Assembly (NCBI GenBank): GCA_963676915.2
Contig: CAXXVK010000067.1
Span: forward strand, 64,001 to 128,000
DNA: 64,000 bases
Direction of reading: 5' to 3'
Origin: Myxococcota bacterium
GTDB taxonomy: Bacteria; Myxococcota_A; SURF-8; G963663525
Shown: positions 37,487 through 48,215 of the stretch, piece by piece
How positions within the stretch are numbered: position 1 is the stretch's first letter
How the letters are laid out: each line of letters opens with the position of its first letter
Translations under genes and position numbers: made by a program
The notes under the pieces: generated by a model
Database searches by the model: none
Told to the model about the DNA's origin: nothing
The model's input: only the letters and a program-made list of their open reading frames with translations

Positions 37487-39970
37487 TCAGCCAATCGTGA
37501 GCACGTTTCCGATTTTCTCCTGGGTACGTTCGAACAATTGTTTCAGTCTGCGATGTTCGGGCTTTTCGAGATCGGGGTCCAGTTCGGTCAGTCTGAAGGC
37601 CGTGTTTTTAGCGAGAAGCAGCAAATCTTGATCTCTCGCAAGGTTGGCAAGCCCGAAGCCGTGATTTCCCCATTGACGGGTTCCGGTAACGTCGCCGGGA
37701 CCGCGCAGTTCCATGTCTTTTTCGGCGATCAGGAAGCCGTCTTCGCTGGAGACGAGGGTTTCGAGCCTCTCGCGTCCGGCTGCGTCGTCGCCATGGCATA
37801 AAAAGCAGGTCGAAGCCTTCGTGCCACGGCCGATTCGCCCGCGAAGTTGGTGAAGCTGTGCCAGTCCGAAGCGTTCCGCGTTCTCGATCACCATCACCGT
37901 CGCGTTGGGAACATCCACGCCGACCTCGATGACCGTCGTTGCGACCAGAAGGCGTGTGGTTCCCTTCTGGAATTCGGCCATCACCTGGTCTTTTTCCTCG
38001 CTTTTCATTCGACCGTGAAGAAGACCCACGGGATAGTTTTGGAATCGTTTTCGGTGCCTGTCATATTCCTCAAGAGCGTTTTTCAACTCCAGCTTTTCGG
38101 ATTCCTCGATCAACGGAAGCACGATATACGCCTGCCCGTCTCGTTCCAATTCCCGATGAACGGCGCGCCACATGGCGGGGCGTTGCTCTTCTTCAACAAT
38201 GTGCGTGCGCACGGGGGAACGTCCGGCGGGTTTTTCGCGGATAATGGACAGGTCGAGGTCGCCGTACAGTGTCATGGACAACGAACGGGGAATGGGCGTG
38301 GCGGTCATAACCAGACTGTGAGGATGAACGCCTTTTTGCACGAGCGCACTTCGTTGGCGAACGCCGAAGCGGTGCTGTTCGTCTATAATGACGTAGGCGA
38401 GTTTGTGGAAGTCCACCGACTGTTGAATCAGGGCGTGGGTTCCGACCACAATGGCCGAATCGCCGTGCTTGATGCGTTTCTTGATGGCCTGTTTTTCCTT
38501 CTCTTTTTTGCCGCCGGTCAGCAAAACCGCCTCGATGCCTTCCGGCAGGTGTTTTAGCAGATTCCGATAGTGTTGCTCGGCGAGAATTTCGGTCGGAGCC
38601 ATCAGAGCGACTTGATAGCCGTTCTCCACTACCAGCAGCGCCGAAAGAATGGCCACCACGGTTTTTCCGCTGCCCACATCGCCTTGAAGCATTCGACTCA
38701 TCGGACTTGTGCCGCAAAGGTCTTCCACGATATCCAGCAGTGCTTGTTTCTGGTCGCCCGTCAGTTTGTATTTGAAATTTCGGTAAAAACGAGTTGCCAG
38801 ACCGTTGAGCCGCTCCATTTGGATGCCTGCTTGTGTCTTGACATTTTTTCTTCGTTGGGCCAGGACGAGTTGCAAGGCGAAAAAATCGTCGAAAATCAAG
38901 CGTTTGTGAACGGCTCCGCGTTTGCGGTTCCATTCGCGCACGTCGGCGTTTTCCGGGGGACGATGGATTTGCAGCAGGGTGTCGCTCAGTGGTGAAAATC
39001 CAAGGGATTTTCTCAGTTTATCCGGCAGGTAATCGTCTACAAGTGGGGTGAATTCCTCTGCAATTTGCGCCATGCGCATCCGCAGCAATCGGGACGGAAT
39101 ACCGGCGATGTCCGGATAAACCGGCACGACGGCGGCCAGCCCGTCGGAAGGTTCGCCATGGATGGTGGCTTCCTGGTTTGTGCTATCGGCGGCGGTTTCG
39201 ATATCGGGGTGGACGATCTGCTTGCGATCCCGGTACCACGAGATTTTTCCGCTGAAAATCACCTCATCGCCCACCTGAAAACGACGCGGAATGCTTTGAG
39301 CGCCGTAATGGAACCATGTCAACAGACACGAGCCGCTGGAGTCCTCGACCAGGATGGAATAGGGCCGCTTTTTTCCCCAGCGTCCCGGACGATTGTCCAT
39401 GCCGACGATTTTCCCGGATGCTCGGCAGAATTCGCCCGGAACGGCTTCGGCGATTTTTGCTACCTGGGAACGATCTTCGTAACGTGTAGGGAAGAAACGC
39501 AAGAGATCCCCGATGGTTACGATTTGTCGCGCCGCCAGGGCTTCCGCCGCACGTCCCCCGATTCCTTTGATGATCTGCACGGATTGATCGAGAAGGATTT
39601 GTTTTCGTGTCGCTTCGAAATCCCTATCGGTTTCTTGTCCCGACTTCGAGAGGCAAGTTTGCAGAGAATCCAACAATTTCAAAGCGTTAAGAACCGCCCG
39701 CTGTTTTTCCTGCTCGTCCTGATTTTCCCAGTCCTCGAAACATCCGGCGAGTTTATCCCATTTCGCCAGACAACGGGCCGGTTGGGGAAGGGAGCGTGCC
39801 TGTTCGGTGCGTGATTGCACGTAATTGGAAAGCCCCGCCACGCGAGCCAAGGCGTGGAAATTCCCTCGTGCGGCATAGACCAACGGCTGGCGACAATCCT
39901 GTGCCACTTCCAGAGGTGTGACCTCGGTCGATTTTCGTGTTTTTTTCGAGCGTGACGTTTTCGTGCTCAT
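37487..39970 (-). CDS. recG: ATP-dependent DNA helicase RecG (with N-terminal extension)
   Basis: FPTRYED, QGDVGSGKT, DEQHRFGV, MTATPIPRSL, QLHQLRGRIGRG and DMELRGPG. Confidence 0.97.
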   Translation of the reverse strand: MSTKTSRSKKTRKSTEVTPLEVAQDCRQPLVYAARGNFHALARVAGLSNYVQSRTEQARSLPQPARCLAKWDKLAGCFEDWENQDEQEKQRAVLNALKLLDSLQTCLSKSGQETDRDFEATRKQILLDQSVQIIKGIGGRAAEALAARQIVTIGDLLRFFPTRYEDRSQVAKIAEAVPGEFCRASGKIVGMDNRPGRWGKKRPYSILVEDSSGSCLLTWFHYGAQSIPRRFQVGDEVIFSGKISWYRDRKQIVHPDIETAADSTNQEATIHGEPSDGLAAVVPVYPDIAGIPSRLLRMRMAQIAEEFTPLVDDYLPDKLRKSLGFSPLSDTLLQIHRPPENADVREWNRKRGAVHKRLIFDDFFALQLVLAQRRKNVKTQAGIQMERLNGLATRFYRNFKYKLTGDQKQALLDIVEDLCGTSPMSRMLQGDVGSGKTVVAILSALLVVENGYQVALMAPTEILAEQHYRNLLKHLPEGIEAVLLTGGKKEKEKQAIKKRIKHGDSAIVVGTHALIQQSVDFHKLAYVIIDEQHRFGVRQRSALVQKGVHPHSLVMTATPIPRSLSMTLYGDLDLSIIREKPAGRSPVRTHIVEEEQRPAMWRAVHRELERDGQAYIVLPLIEESEKLELKNALEEYDRHRKRFQNYPVGLLHGRMKSEEKDQVMAEFQKGTTRLLVATTVIEVGVDVPNATVMVIENAERFGLAQLHQLRGRIGRGTKASTCFLCHGDDAAGRERLETLVSSEDGFLIAEKDMELRGPGDVTGTRQWGNHGFGLANLARDQDLLLLAKNTAFRLTELDPDLEKPEHRRLKQLFERTQEKIGNVLTIG

Positions 39971-40048
39971 CGAAAAGCCGCGTCAAAGGGCGAAGATCAT
40001 GGAAAATATAGGAAAACGGGTCGTTCGTATCTCGTTATCTCATCAGAT

Positions 40049-40072
40049 CGAGCCTCCCGAGGGCGAGGCTCG
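40049..40072. other. GC-rich hairpin between greA and recG
   Basis: cgagcctc-ccgagggc-gaggctcg with no U tract. It may be a pause or stability element. Confidence 0.45.
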
Positions 40073-40080
40073 TTGATGGC

Positions 40081-40554
40081 TTATGAATATTCCACGTCCT
40101 CGATTTCGTACGTGCGAATTCCCTTGGGAGTTTTGATGCTTACTTCGTCCCCGATGCTTTTTCCGATCAGTTGCTTTGCCATGGGGGAGTCGAAGGAGAT
40201 CATTTGTTTTTTCAGGTCCGCTTCGTCCACACCCACGATCCGATAGGAGACTTCCTCGTCGGTGTCCAGGTTGATCAGACTGACTTTCGCACCGAAAATC
40301 ACCCGCTCCCCGGAAAGTTTCGAGGCGTCGATGACTTCGGCACGGGCGAGCTTGTCTTCCAATTCCCGGATTCTTGCTTCGAGCAGACCCTGAGATTGTT
40401 TTGCGGCGTCGTATTCGGCATTTTCAGAAAGATCGCCGTGGGCTCGGGCTTCCTCGATGGCTTGCACGATCTGAGGGCGAAGCACTTTTTTCGAGTGGCT
40501 TAGTTCCTCCTGCAACATCTTCTTCCCTTGGATCGTCATCGGTTCGCTTCTCAT
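40081..40554 (-). CDS. greA: Transcription elongation factor GreA
   Basis: [23 protein letters not shown] and [14 protein letters not shown]. Confidence 0.97.
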   Translation of the reverse strand: MRSEPMTIQGKKMLQEELSHSKKVLRPQIVQAIEEARAHGDLSENAEYDAAKQSQGLLEARIRELEDKLARAEVIDASKLSGERVIFGAKVSLINLDTDEEVSYRIVGVDEADLKKQMISFDSPMAKQLIGKSIGDEVSIKTPKGIRTYEIEDVEYS

Positions 40555-41690
40555 CTGGCGCTCTCCTTCAGTTTGCGAGCGAAAGGTTCGTTTCGTTCAT
40601 GCAGCCATCGGGCTTTATCACCCAAAACGTTTTCGATTTCTTGAATGTTCAGACCGGCTTCCACCATCAGTTGCAGACCCATGGCGATGTCATCGATATG
40701 AACGGTTTCCTGTCGAATTCGGGCTTTGGCTTTTCCTTTGACCGGGGCCATATTGTGGTAATTCCCCAGGGGAAAGGCCATGGCTCCGGTTTTCCAACCC
40801 ATGCTGACGAAAACCGCCGCTTCGCAGACACCACCATCCATTAGTTTACGCTGATATTTGAAGCCGCGCTTGTTTTTTTTCAGATTTTCTCCGCAGTTAG
40901 TCAGGTAGACACCGACCTCCGGGGAGTAGGTGGACATTTTATCGCCCAAACGCACGACCGGTCCGCCGCCCTGTTCGGCACCTGGAAGTTTTTTCGAGGT
41001 TTCGAGGGAGATCATCACCAGGCTTTTGGGCAGCTTTTTCGTTGCGGCCAACGCCAGTGCTCCGTTGAAACCGTTTTCTTCGGCTCGGGTAAAGACACAC
41101 CAGACCTCGCATTCCGCCTTGGTTTTTACGAGTTCCTCCAGTAACGCCAGTTGCACCGCTACCGAGCACAGGTCGTCGGCGGCTCGGGTGTGGACGAGTC
41201 CGTCTTTGAGTTCGTAGCCTTTCAAGTCCCACTGGGCATAGGTCTCCCCAGGGATAACCTCCACCGGACGGGAGAGTTGGAGCACCGCCGTATCGACTCG
41301 TTGGAATTCCGGGGTTGATTTGGCGTCTTTTTTCGTGGAAACGACTTTTCCGGGTACGTCGTCCGGGTAGACGCGGACCTTGGTTCCTTCGAAATATTCT
41401 CTTTTTACGCCGCCCCACCATTTGGCGACCGCTTGTTTTCCCTCGCAGGAAAGCACTTCGAAGCCTGGATGGTCCATGTGGGCAATGTAGCAGATGCGCG
41501 GCTGTTTTCCCTTGACGCGCTCGCCGGAATGGTACACAACGATCCGGTTTCCGTAGCGGTCTTTTTCGGAGGTGAGCCCGAGTTTTTCCACGAAGGAATC
41601 CACGAAATCCATCACCGCGTATTCGTGAAACGGTGCGGTCGTGAGGTTGAGGACTTGTTCCAGAATGCGTTTGAGCCGATTTCGCTGCAT
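40551..41690 (-). CDS. M20/M42-family metallopeptidase
   Basis: AHMDH, AADD, RAEE, SLE and NYH metal-ligand motifs. Confidence 0.8.
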   Translation of the reverse strand: MQRNRLKRILEQVLNLTTAPFHEYAVMDFVDSFVEKLGLTSEKDRYGNRIVVYHSGERVKGKQPRICYIAHMDHPGFEVLSCEGKQAVAKWWGGVKREYFEGTKVRVYPDDVPGKVVSTKKDAKSTPEFQRVDTAVLQLSRPVEVIPGETYAQWDLKGYELKDGLVHTRAADDLCSVAVQLALLEELVKTKAECEVWCVFTRAEENGFNGALALAATKKLPKSLVMISLETSKKLPGAEQGGGPVVRLGDKMSTYSPEVGVYLTNCGENLKKNKRGFKYQRKLMDGGVCEAAVFVSMGWKTGAMAFPLGNYHNMAPVKGKAKARIRQETVHIDDIAMGLQLMVEAGLNIQEIENVLGDKARWLHERNEPFARKLKESAR

Positions 41691-41925
41691 AACGATCCTC
41701 AAAGCTTGAAACAATAAAACCCCCTTCAAGCGGGGGAAGCTCTCTATCTATCGTAAATTTCATCGAAAAACAACCGTTTTCCCATGAAAATCCGTGACGG
41801 TGAACAGGACGAAGACTTTTCGAGAAAAGAATATGGTGAAAAAGATTTGAACCGCAAGCGACGAAAATGGTACAAACCATGACATTGTTTATCGGATCGA
41901 ATGGATTCCAAGGGAGGCGGGCCGC

Positions 41926-42705
41926 GTGAAGCCAGCAGCGAAAATCATCGCCGTTTCGAACCAGAAGGGCGGCGTCGGAAAAACGACCACGGCCGTCAGT
42001 CTTTGCGCCGCATTGGCTGCTTCCCGCGTATCGGTGTTGCTGGTCGATTTCGATCCCCAGGCCAATGCAACCTCCGGCCTGGGCGGTGATCCTTCTGAGA
42101 TTCCGAACGTTTATCACCTGATGAATGGGGAAGCGGATCTCGATGAAGTGCTACGCAAGACCGAACTTCCCACGTTACAGTTGATCGGCGCCAGCCCGGA
42201 TCTGGCGGGAGCCGAAATCGAAATGGCCGAGTTGGAAGACAGGCACCATCTCTTACGAGATGCCTTGCAACCGGCGCGTGAACGGTACGAGTTCATTTTT
42301 ATCGATTGTCCCCCCTCTTTGTCTCTGTTGACTCTCAACGGGCTGGCGGCGGCGGACAGCGTGTTGATTCCCGTGCAGTCCGAATATTATGCGCTTGAAG
42401 GCGTGTCACGGCTGACACAAACGATTCAACTCGTGCAGGATAGCGTCAATTCCGAACTTGAAGTCGAGGGTTTGTTGTTGACGATGACGACCCGCACCAA
42501 CCTGTCTTCCGATGTCGCCTACGAATTGCGCGGACACTTCCAATCGCTCGTTTTCGATACGGAAATTCCACGAAACGTGCGGTTGTCGGAAGCGCCATCC
42601 CACGGAAAGCCTATCATTACATATGATCTTGCATCCAAGGGAGCGGAAAGTTACCTGAAACTGGCCCGTGAGTTTCTCAAGCGCAACGGGAGAGGAAATT
42701 CATGA
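41926..42705 (+). CDS. parA: Chromosome partitioning ATPase ParA/Soj
   Basis: NQKGGVGKTTT, DFDPQANAT, DCPPSL and IPRNVRLSEAPSHG. Confidence 0.95.
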   Translation: MKPAAKIIAVSNQKGGVGKTTTAVSLCAALAASRVSVLLVDFDPQANATSGLGGDPSEIPNVYHLMNGEADLDEVLRKTELPTLQLIGASPDLAGAEIEMAELEDRHHLLRDALQPARERYEFIFIDCPPSLSLLTLNGLAAADSVLIPVQSEYYALEGVSRLTQTIQLVQDSVNSELEVEGLLLTMTTRTNLSSDVAYELRGHFQSLVFDTEIPRNVRLSEAPSHGKPIITYDLASKGAESYLKLAREFLKRNGRGNS

Positions 42706-43589
42706 GCGCGAAAAAAGCTACCGGCAAAACCAAACGCGGTCTGGGACGGGGCATGTCAGCCCTGCTACCTTCTGCCTCTCCTGCCGTGAAAAGCGATAAA
42801 ACACTGATCACCGTAGGTGTCGAAGAAATCTCTCCCATGCCGGGGCAGCCTCGCTACCATTTCGATCCCGAGGCCATCGAAGATCTCGCCCGTTCGATCA
42901 AGCGTCACGGTATTTTACAGCCGCTTTTGGTGCGAAAAACGGACGACGGATATCAACTCGTAGCCGGTGAGCGTCGCTGGCGTGCAGCCCAGCAGGCTGG
43001 ATTGTCCAACGTTCCGGTAATCGTCAAACAGGTCGATGAAGACGAAGCGTTTCAGTGGGCGCTCGTCGAGAATATCCACCGTAAAGACCTCAATGCCATG
43101 GAAATCGCTCGGGCTTTCCAACGACTGGTCAAAGAGCACAAACTCAATCAGCAGGATATCGCCGAGCAGGTCGAGAAAGACCGTGCCTCGGTGGCCAATT
43201 ACCTGCGCTTGCTGAAATTACCCAAGGAAATCCAAGACTTGGTGGAAGAAGGTCGTATTCCGTTCGGTCATGCTCGGGCGTTGGCCTCGCTCAACGGCGA
43301 AGAGATCAAGCAGATCAATTTCAAAGCACTGCTCGAAGGCAGACTTACCGTCCGGCAGATCGAGCACCGCGTGGCGGAAATCAAAAAGAGTCGGGAAAAC
43401 CCCGATACTCCCCCAAAAAAAGCTCCCAAAGAGAGCGTACAGTTGCGCCACTTACGTGAATCGGTGGAACGCACGGTCGGGCTGAAAGTATCGCTCAAGG
43501 ACAAAAAGGGAAAAGGCACGCTGAGTTTTCACTACACGAACCTGGACGAACTGGACAACATTCTCGAACGTCTGGGCGTCAAGCAGTAG
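42702..43589 (+). CDS. parB: Chromosome partitioning protein ParB/Spo0J
   Basis: RGLGRGM, QPR, GILQPL, AGERRWRAA, ALVENIHRKDLN and RASVANYLRLL. Confidence 0.95.
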   Translation: MSAKKATGKTKRGLGRGMSALLPSASPAVKSDKTLITVGVEEISPMPGQPRYHFDPEAIEDLARSIKRHGILQPLLVRKTDDGYQLVAGERRWRAAQQAGLSNVPVIVKQVDEDEAFQWALVENIHRKDLNAMEIARAFQRLVKEHKLNQQDIAEQVEKDRASVANYLRLLKLPKEIQDLVEEGRIPFGHARALASLNGEEIKQINFKALLEGRLTVRQIEHRVAEIKKSRENPDTPPKKAPKESVQLRHLRESVERTVGLKVSLKDKKGKGTLSFHYTNLDELDNILERLGVKQ

Positions 43590-43818
43590 GGTTCCGAAGA
43601 AGCTGCAAATCCTCGTGTTCCTTGTGTACTGCTTGAAAATACTAGCTTTTTCATTCCTTTATCGATCAAGTCATTTGAGAATCCAATCGATTCAAAGTTT
43701 GTTGGAATTCACTCCTCGACCTTGAATTTCTCGGCGAAATGTGTAAGGTAGTCACCGTTTATGCGGGTTGTTCTTCCTGTATGGAAAATTCGTGGCGTGT
43801 GACGAAGGGATTGTGACG

Positions 43819-45690
43819 ATGAATCCGCGAATCAAGGCATCTCTCGTTTCCATCGTAGCCGATATCGTTTTGATTGCGACCAAAGGGACGCTGGCGTTTT
43901 TATCCGGCAGCGCTTCACTGTTGGCCGATGCCTACCATTCCCTTTCCGACCTGTTCGTCTCGTTCGCCGTGCTCACGGGCGCCGCGTCACGTACCTGGGT
44001 CGAAAAAAAGGCGAAAGAAAAGGAAAATTCCTTACAAAACGAATCGGAGCAGGAGCCTGGCGAAGGCGAGCGCGTTTCCGACGAAGTGGCGGAAAATCAA
44101 GAGATTGCGGAGGAAAAAAATCCGGCTTCCACGTCCGAACATTCTTCTGCACCCGGGTATTGGATCGAAGCCGGGATCGCTTATCTGGTATCCCTGATTA
44201 TCCTCTATCTTCCCTACGAAATCATATCGACGGTTTCCACTCAGAAAAATCACGACCTGAAATATACCTGGGTTGCAGTCGTCGGCGTGATTGTCTGTAT
44301 TATGATCGCCTATTTCATCTCCCGCTATAAAATGCTTGTGGGGCGAGAGTTGGATTCGCCTGCCCTGGTGGCCGATGGCTACCACAGCCGCATGGATATG
44401 TTTACGTCCATCGCCGTGCTTGCTTCATTGGTGGGGCAGATGATCGGTATCCGTCTGGACGCGCTGATGGCGGTGATCATTGCCGTGATGATCGGCATTG
44501 TTGGCTTGGAACTGTTCATAACCTCGATTGTCGGGTTTATCCGCAAAGCGGGACTCAAGCGCCTGTCCCTTCTCACATGGCTTCAACAGCGTATCGATGC
44601 AGGGTTGGCTTTCGTGTCGAAAAAAGCCCTGGGTCGAACCGTTGAGATGTCGGACCTTCGCCTGATCGAACGTCTGACCTCCGGAAGTCTGATCAATCGC
44701 CGACGTATGGCGCTGTTGTTCGTTCTCATTCTTATCGGTTACTTTTTGGGTGGTTTGACGATGATCCGGGTCGGGGAAACCGGGGTCAAGCTGCGTTTCG
44801 GAAAGATTGTTCAGGACGATATTCCACCCGGTCTGACGTACCGCCTGCCATGGCCGATCGAATCCATAGAACGTGTGCGAAAACAAGACGTTAAAAGGGT
44901 TGAGTTCGGTTTCAGAACGGCGGAAGATATTGTTGGAAGTATTTCCCCGACCTTGTGGGAAGCTACCCATATTGCCAAGGGATATAAAAAGGTAAAGGCC
45001 GAATCCGTCTCTCTGACGGGGGACGAGAACATCGTGGATATCAGTTTGGTGATGCACTATCGCCCCGTTGATCCGGTCAAAGCCGTGTTCCGAGTTCGCT
45101 CCGTTGACGAAGTGCTTCGCGGCCTGCTTGAGTCCGCCACTCGCAATGTGATTTCCATCGAAAAGGCCGACAAGCTGTTGGTCGAGGATCGCAAAGGGAC
45201 GTTGGCGACCATTCGTCAAGCGGTAGAAAAGGATGTCGCTCGTCTGGATCTGGGCGTCGAAATTCTCGATGTGTTCTGTCACGATCTTCATCCCCCGACG
45301 GAGGTTGTCGGCGCGTATCGGGACGTATTTTCCGCTCGTGAGGAAAAAGTCCGTTTGTTGAACAAAGCCGAAACCCATCGCAACGAATCCTTGCCCAAGG
45401 CGCGCTCCGACAGTTTGCAAAACCTTTACGAAGCCGAGGCCGAATCGTTTGAAAAACGGGAACGGGCGACGGGAGATTCGGAGAAATTCCGTGTAACTTC
45501 AGAGGCTTATCGACGCTATCCCGATTTGACGGCGTACCGTCTGTTTATCGAAATGGCGGAAAACAGCCTCACCGGGAAAAAGAAAATCATCGCCGATCCC
45601 AAGGTCAATCGAGGCGGATATCGTATGTGGCTGTTTTCACCGGATAAAGGCGGACCTTTCATGGGATCTTCGAAAGGAGAGCGACTGTGA
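43819..45690 (+). CDS. Fusion of a cation diffusion facilitator TM domain and an HflK-type SPFH domain
   Basis: N-terminal SGSASLLADAYHSLSD and SPALVADGYHSRMD (CDF TM2/TM5 H-x3-D sites). After an extra TM helix: GVKLRFGK, PGLTYRLPWPIE, LTGDENIV, HPPTEV..AYRDV and LPKARS. Confidence 0.88.
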   Translation: MNPRIKASLVSIVADIVLIATKGTLAFLSGSASLLADAYHSLSDLFVSFAVLTGAASRTWVEKKAKEKENSLQNESEQEPGEGERVSDEVAENQEIAEEKNPASTSEHSSAPGYWIEAGIAYLVSLIILYLPYEIISTVSTQKNHDLKYTWVAVVGVIVCIMIAYFISRYKMLVGRELDSPALVADGYHSRMDMFTSIAVLASLVGQMIGIRLDALMAVIIAVMIGIVGLELFITSIVGFIRKAGLKRLSLLTWLQQRIDAGLAFVSKKALGRTVEMSDLRLIERLTSGSLINRRRMALLFVLILIGYFLGGLTMIRVGETGVKLRFGKIVQDDIPPGLTYRLPWPIESIERVRKQDVKRVEFGFRTAEDIVGSISPTLWEATHIAKGYKKVKAESVSLTGDENIVDISLVMHYRPVDPVKAVFRVRSVDEVLRGLLESATRNVISIEKADKLLVEDRKGTLATIRQAVEKDVARLDLGVEILDVFCHDLHPPTEVVGAYRDVFSAREEKVRLLNKAETHRNESLPKARSDSLQNLYEAEAESFEKRERATGDSEKFRVTSEAYRRYPDLTAYRLFIEMAENSLTGKKKIIADPKVNRGGYRMWLFSPDKGGPFMGSSKGERL

Positions 45691-46571
45691 AAAAAGTGCT
45701 GGCGCTTTTCGGAATTCTCGTTATTTCGGGTTATCTCATCAATAGTTCCCTGGTGGTGCTGGATGAGACGGAACTCGGTATCGTCACGTTTTTCAACAAG
45801 CCGACGAGGGTGGTCAAGGAAGCGGGGTTGATCGTCAAATGGCCCGATCCGGTGCAGACGGTGATCCGGCTGGATCGCCGCCTCCAGGCATTGGATTCCA
45901 ATCTGGGCGAATACCTGACGCGGGACAAAAAGAATCTCGTGGCCAGCAGTTTCGTTCTTTGGAGGGTGGACGATCCTCAGCGCTTCATTCAGAGTGTTCG
46001 TTCCCGGACGAACGCCGAAAAGCGGCTGGCCGATCTCGTAGGGTCGGAACTGGGTGTCGCTATCGGTGAACATCCGTTGCATGATTTTCTCACAACCGAG
46101 GAAAACGGCAGTAAAATCGGTGAGATATCCAATCAGGTGCTGGATCGGACCCGTGGGCCGGCGAAAACGGATTTTGGGGTCGAGTTGGTGGATGTACAGC
46201 TTCGACGGATCGGTTTTCCCAGTCAGAACCTTCGTTCGGTATATGACCGGATGCGTACCGAACGTGAACGGATCGCCAAAAAATACCGTGCCGAAGGCGA
46301 GGAGGAAGCCTCCAAAATCCGGTCGCAAACCGATAAAGAAGTTCGCGAATTGTTGGCCAATTCCTACCGCGATGCCCAAATTACGAGAGGTAAGGGGGAG
46401 GCGGAAGCGATTCGGATTTATGCCGAGGCATTTTCGAAAGATCCGGGATTTTACAAGTTGACCCGAACGTTGGAGGCGTATCGGAAGATGATCGACGAGG
46501 ACACGACGTTGATTCTCTCTGCCGATTCTCCCCTTTTCCGTTACCTGGAAACCCCGCCGGACGGACGTTGA
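45687..46571 (+). CDS. hflC: HflC-type SPFH protein
   Basis: LTRDKKNL, WRVDDP, FGVELVDV, VYDRMRTERERIA..YRAEG and DPGFYKLTRTLEAY. The start overlaps the upstream stop (GTGA). Confidence 0.9.
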   Translation: MKKVLALFGILVISGYLINSSLVVLDETELGIVTFFNKPTRVVKEAGLIVKWPDPVQTVIRLDRRLQALDSNLGEYLTRDKKNLVASSFVLWRVDDPQRFIQSVRSRTNAEKRLADLVGSELGVAIGEHPLHDFLTTEENGSKIGEISNQVLDRTRGPAKTDFGVELVDVQLRRIGFPSQNLRSVYDRMRTERERIAKKYRAEGEEEASKIRSQTDKEVRELLANSYRDAQITRGKGEAEAIRIYAEAFSKDPGFYKLTRTLEAYRKMIDEDTTLILSADSPLFRYLETPPDGR

Positions 46572-46573
46572 TC

Positions 46574-47512
46574 ATGCCGAACGAACCGATAGATAACGTT
46601 GCCCGGCACACGTTCCGGCACGTAGGAAAAATCTGTTGCGGAGCGCTTTTTCTGGTGCTGCTGGTCTATCTGGCCAGTGGAATCTACTCGATCAAGCCCG
46701 AGCAGACGGGCGTGGTCAAGCGTTTCGGTGTGATTGTCGCCGATGACGTGCCGCCGGGAATTCACTACCACTGGCCGTGGCCGATCGAAATGGTGGCGCG
46801 TCCGAACACCAAGGAAATCAAGGCGATAGAGCTGAAGTTCGACAAAACCTCGGCGTTGGGTCTGGATGCTTCCGGTGGTGCGCTGTTGACGGGGGACGAA
46901 AACCTGGTGCTTTTAACGCTGTTCGTGCAGTACACCATCGACAGTCCCCAAAAATACCTGACGGTCACGTCCCGACCGTCGGAGATGCTCGAACGTATGA
47001 TTGAAGCGGCAAGTGTACGGCATTTTTCCCAAATTTCCGTGGACGATATCCTCACCACGGGAAGGAACGACATCCAAAGGAATCTCAAAAAAGAGGTGCA
47101 GGGGATGTCGGACACATTGGGGTTGGGACTGCGTATCCTGTCGATTCAGATTCAGCGCGTCGAGCCGCCCAAGACCGTCGCCCATGCTTTCAAAGATGTG
47201 GCGTCGGCGAGAGAAGACATGCACAAAGTGTTGCAGCGAGCCAATGGAGAACGCAACCGGCGACTCCCCGAAGCTCGGGCGAAAGCCGAACGGATGTTGC
47301 GGGAGGCTGAAGCCTATGCCAATGAAGCGGTGCAAATGGCCGAGGGCGATGCAGAGAAATTTCTCTCGACCTGGAAAGCCTATCGCAAAGCGAAAACCGT
47401 CACCGCTCACCGGATCTATCTCGAAACCATTGAAACCATCATGGCGAACGTGAACAAACAGATCGTCAATCCCGAGGCCGAGAAAAACGTTCGTTCGATG
47501 TCGCCGAGATGA
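46574..47512 (+). CDS. hflK: HflK-type SPFH protein
   Basis: GVVKRFG, PGIHYHWPWPIE, LLTGDENLV, PPKTVAHAFKDVASARED, LPEARA and RIYLET. Confidence 0.9.
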   Translation: MPNEPIDNVARHTFRHVGKICCGALFLVLLVYLASGIYSIKPEQTGVVKRFGVIVADDVPPGIHYHWPWPIEMVARPNTKEIKAIELKFDKTSALGLDASGGALLTGDENLVLLTLFVQYTIDSPQKYLTVTSRPSEMLERMIEAASVRHFSQISVDDILTTGRNDIQRNLKKEVQGMSDTLGLGLRILSIQIQRVEPPKTVAHAFKDVASAREDMHKVLQRANGERNRRLPEARAKAERMLREAEAYANEAVQMAEGDAEKFLSTWKAYRKAKTVTAHRIYLETIETIMANVNKQIVNPEAEKNVRSMSPR

Positions 47513-47544
47513 TGATTTAGCGAAATCTCAAAGAAATAGAGAGG

Positions 47545-48207
47545 TTACGGACCTTCGTTGTCGGAGCCATGCCATCGACAGGGAATCAGGAACGTAAAAC
47601 GTAACGGAATGCCTTTCCAGCGGGCCGGTTCGAATGTGCTTTGACCGATCATGTCCCGGCACAGTTCGTCGAGGCTTTCGTCCACACCTTTCATGACTTT
47701 CAGTTGTGCAACGCTGCCGTCTTCGTCCAGATGAACGCGAACGATGGTTTCCTGCCCCTGTAAATGGAGCGGTACCTTGATCTTTTGATTCTGCATTCCC
47801 GAACGAATGAGCCGTGGTTGTTTGAACTGAGGAGCGTGTAGCCACCACGCTTTGGCCTGGGGAACGACGATTCGTTGGTTTTCGCCGGGTTCCGTTGGAC
47901 CTACCGGCTTGAGATCCCCCAAGGAATTTTTACGAATCTCAAGAATATCGGTGACTTGCACGCGACTCTCCGAGTCGTCGGCTTTCATTAAACGATAATA
48001 GGGTAGGGCACTGGGGGGTGGGGCTTTGGACGAAGTCCCGACGTACTCCAACTCGTTTTCACTGTTTTTTGAGGAACCGGTGGAAGCGCATGAAAAACAG
48101 GCGAAAAGGAGAACGAAGAACGAAATTCCCCCCAATGTTTGAAGCCACCGAGAGATAACGACAGAAAAACTCCCGTAAGGAGCCGTCCCGATGTGACGAA
48201 ACCGCAT
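47545..48207 (-). CDS. Putative lipoprotein with TonB C-terminal-like domain
   Basis: Lipobox-like CFSC. C-terminal VRVHLDEDGSV..LKV.KG...LD......STFEPA...G.P. Confidence 0.65.
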   Translation of the reverse strand: MRFRHIGTAPYGSFSVVISRWLQTLGGISFFVLLFACFSCASTGSSKNSENELEYVGTSSKAPPPSALPYYRLMKADDSESRVQVTDILEIRKNSLGDLKPVGPTEPGENQRIVVPQAKAWWLHAPQFKQPRLIRSGMQNQKIKVPLHLQGQETIVRVHLDEDGSVAQLKVMKGVDESLDELCRDMIGQSTFEPARWKGIPLRFTFLIPCRWHGSDNEGP

Positions 48208-48215
48208 CGTCTTGC

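Noticed and set aside
41926-43589. parS sites or oriC near parAB
   Set aside because: I found no TGTTTCACGTGAAACA-like full palindrome or DnaA-box cluster by eye, only half sites inside genes (about 26766 and 37173). There are no dnaA or gidAB neighbours.
43670-43700. Fur/Zur box upstream of the CDF-HflK operon (tttgagaatccaatcgattcaaa)
   Set aside because: Only one half site resembles the consensus. It is too weak to call without comparative data.
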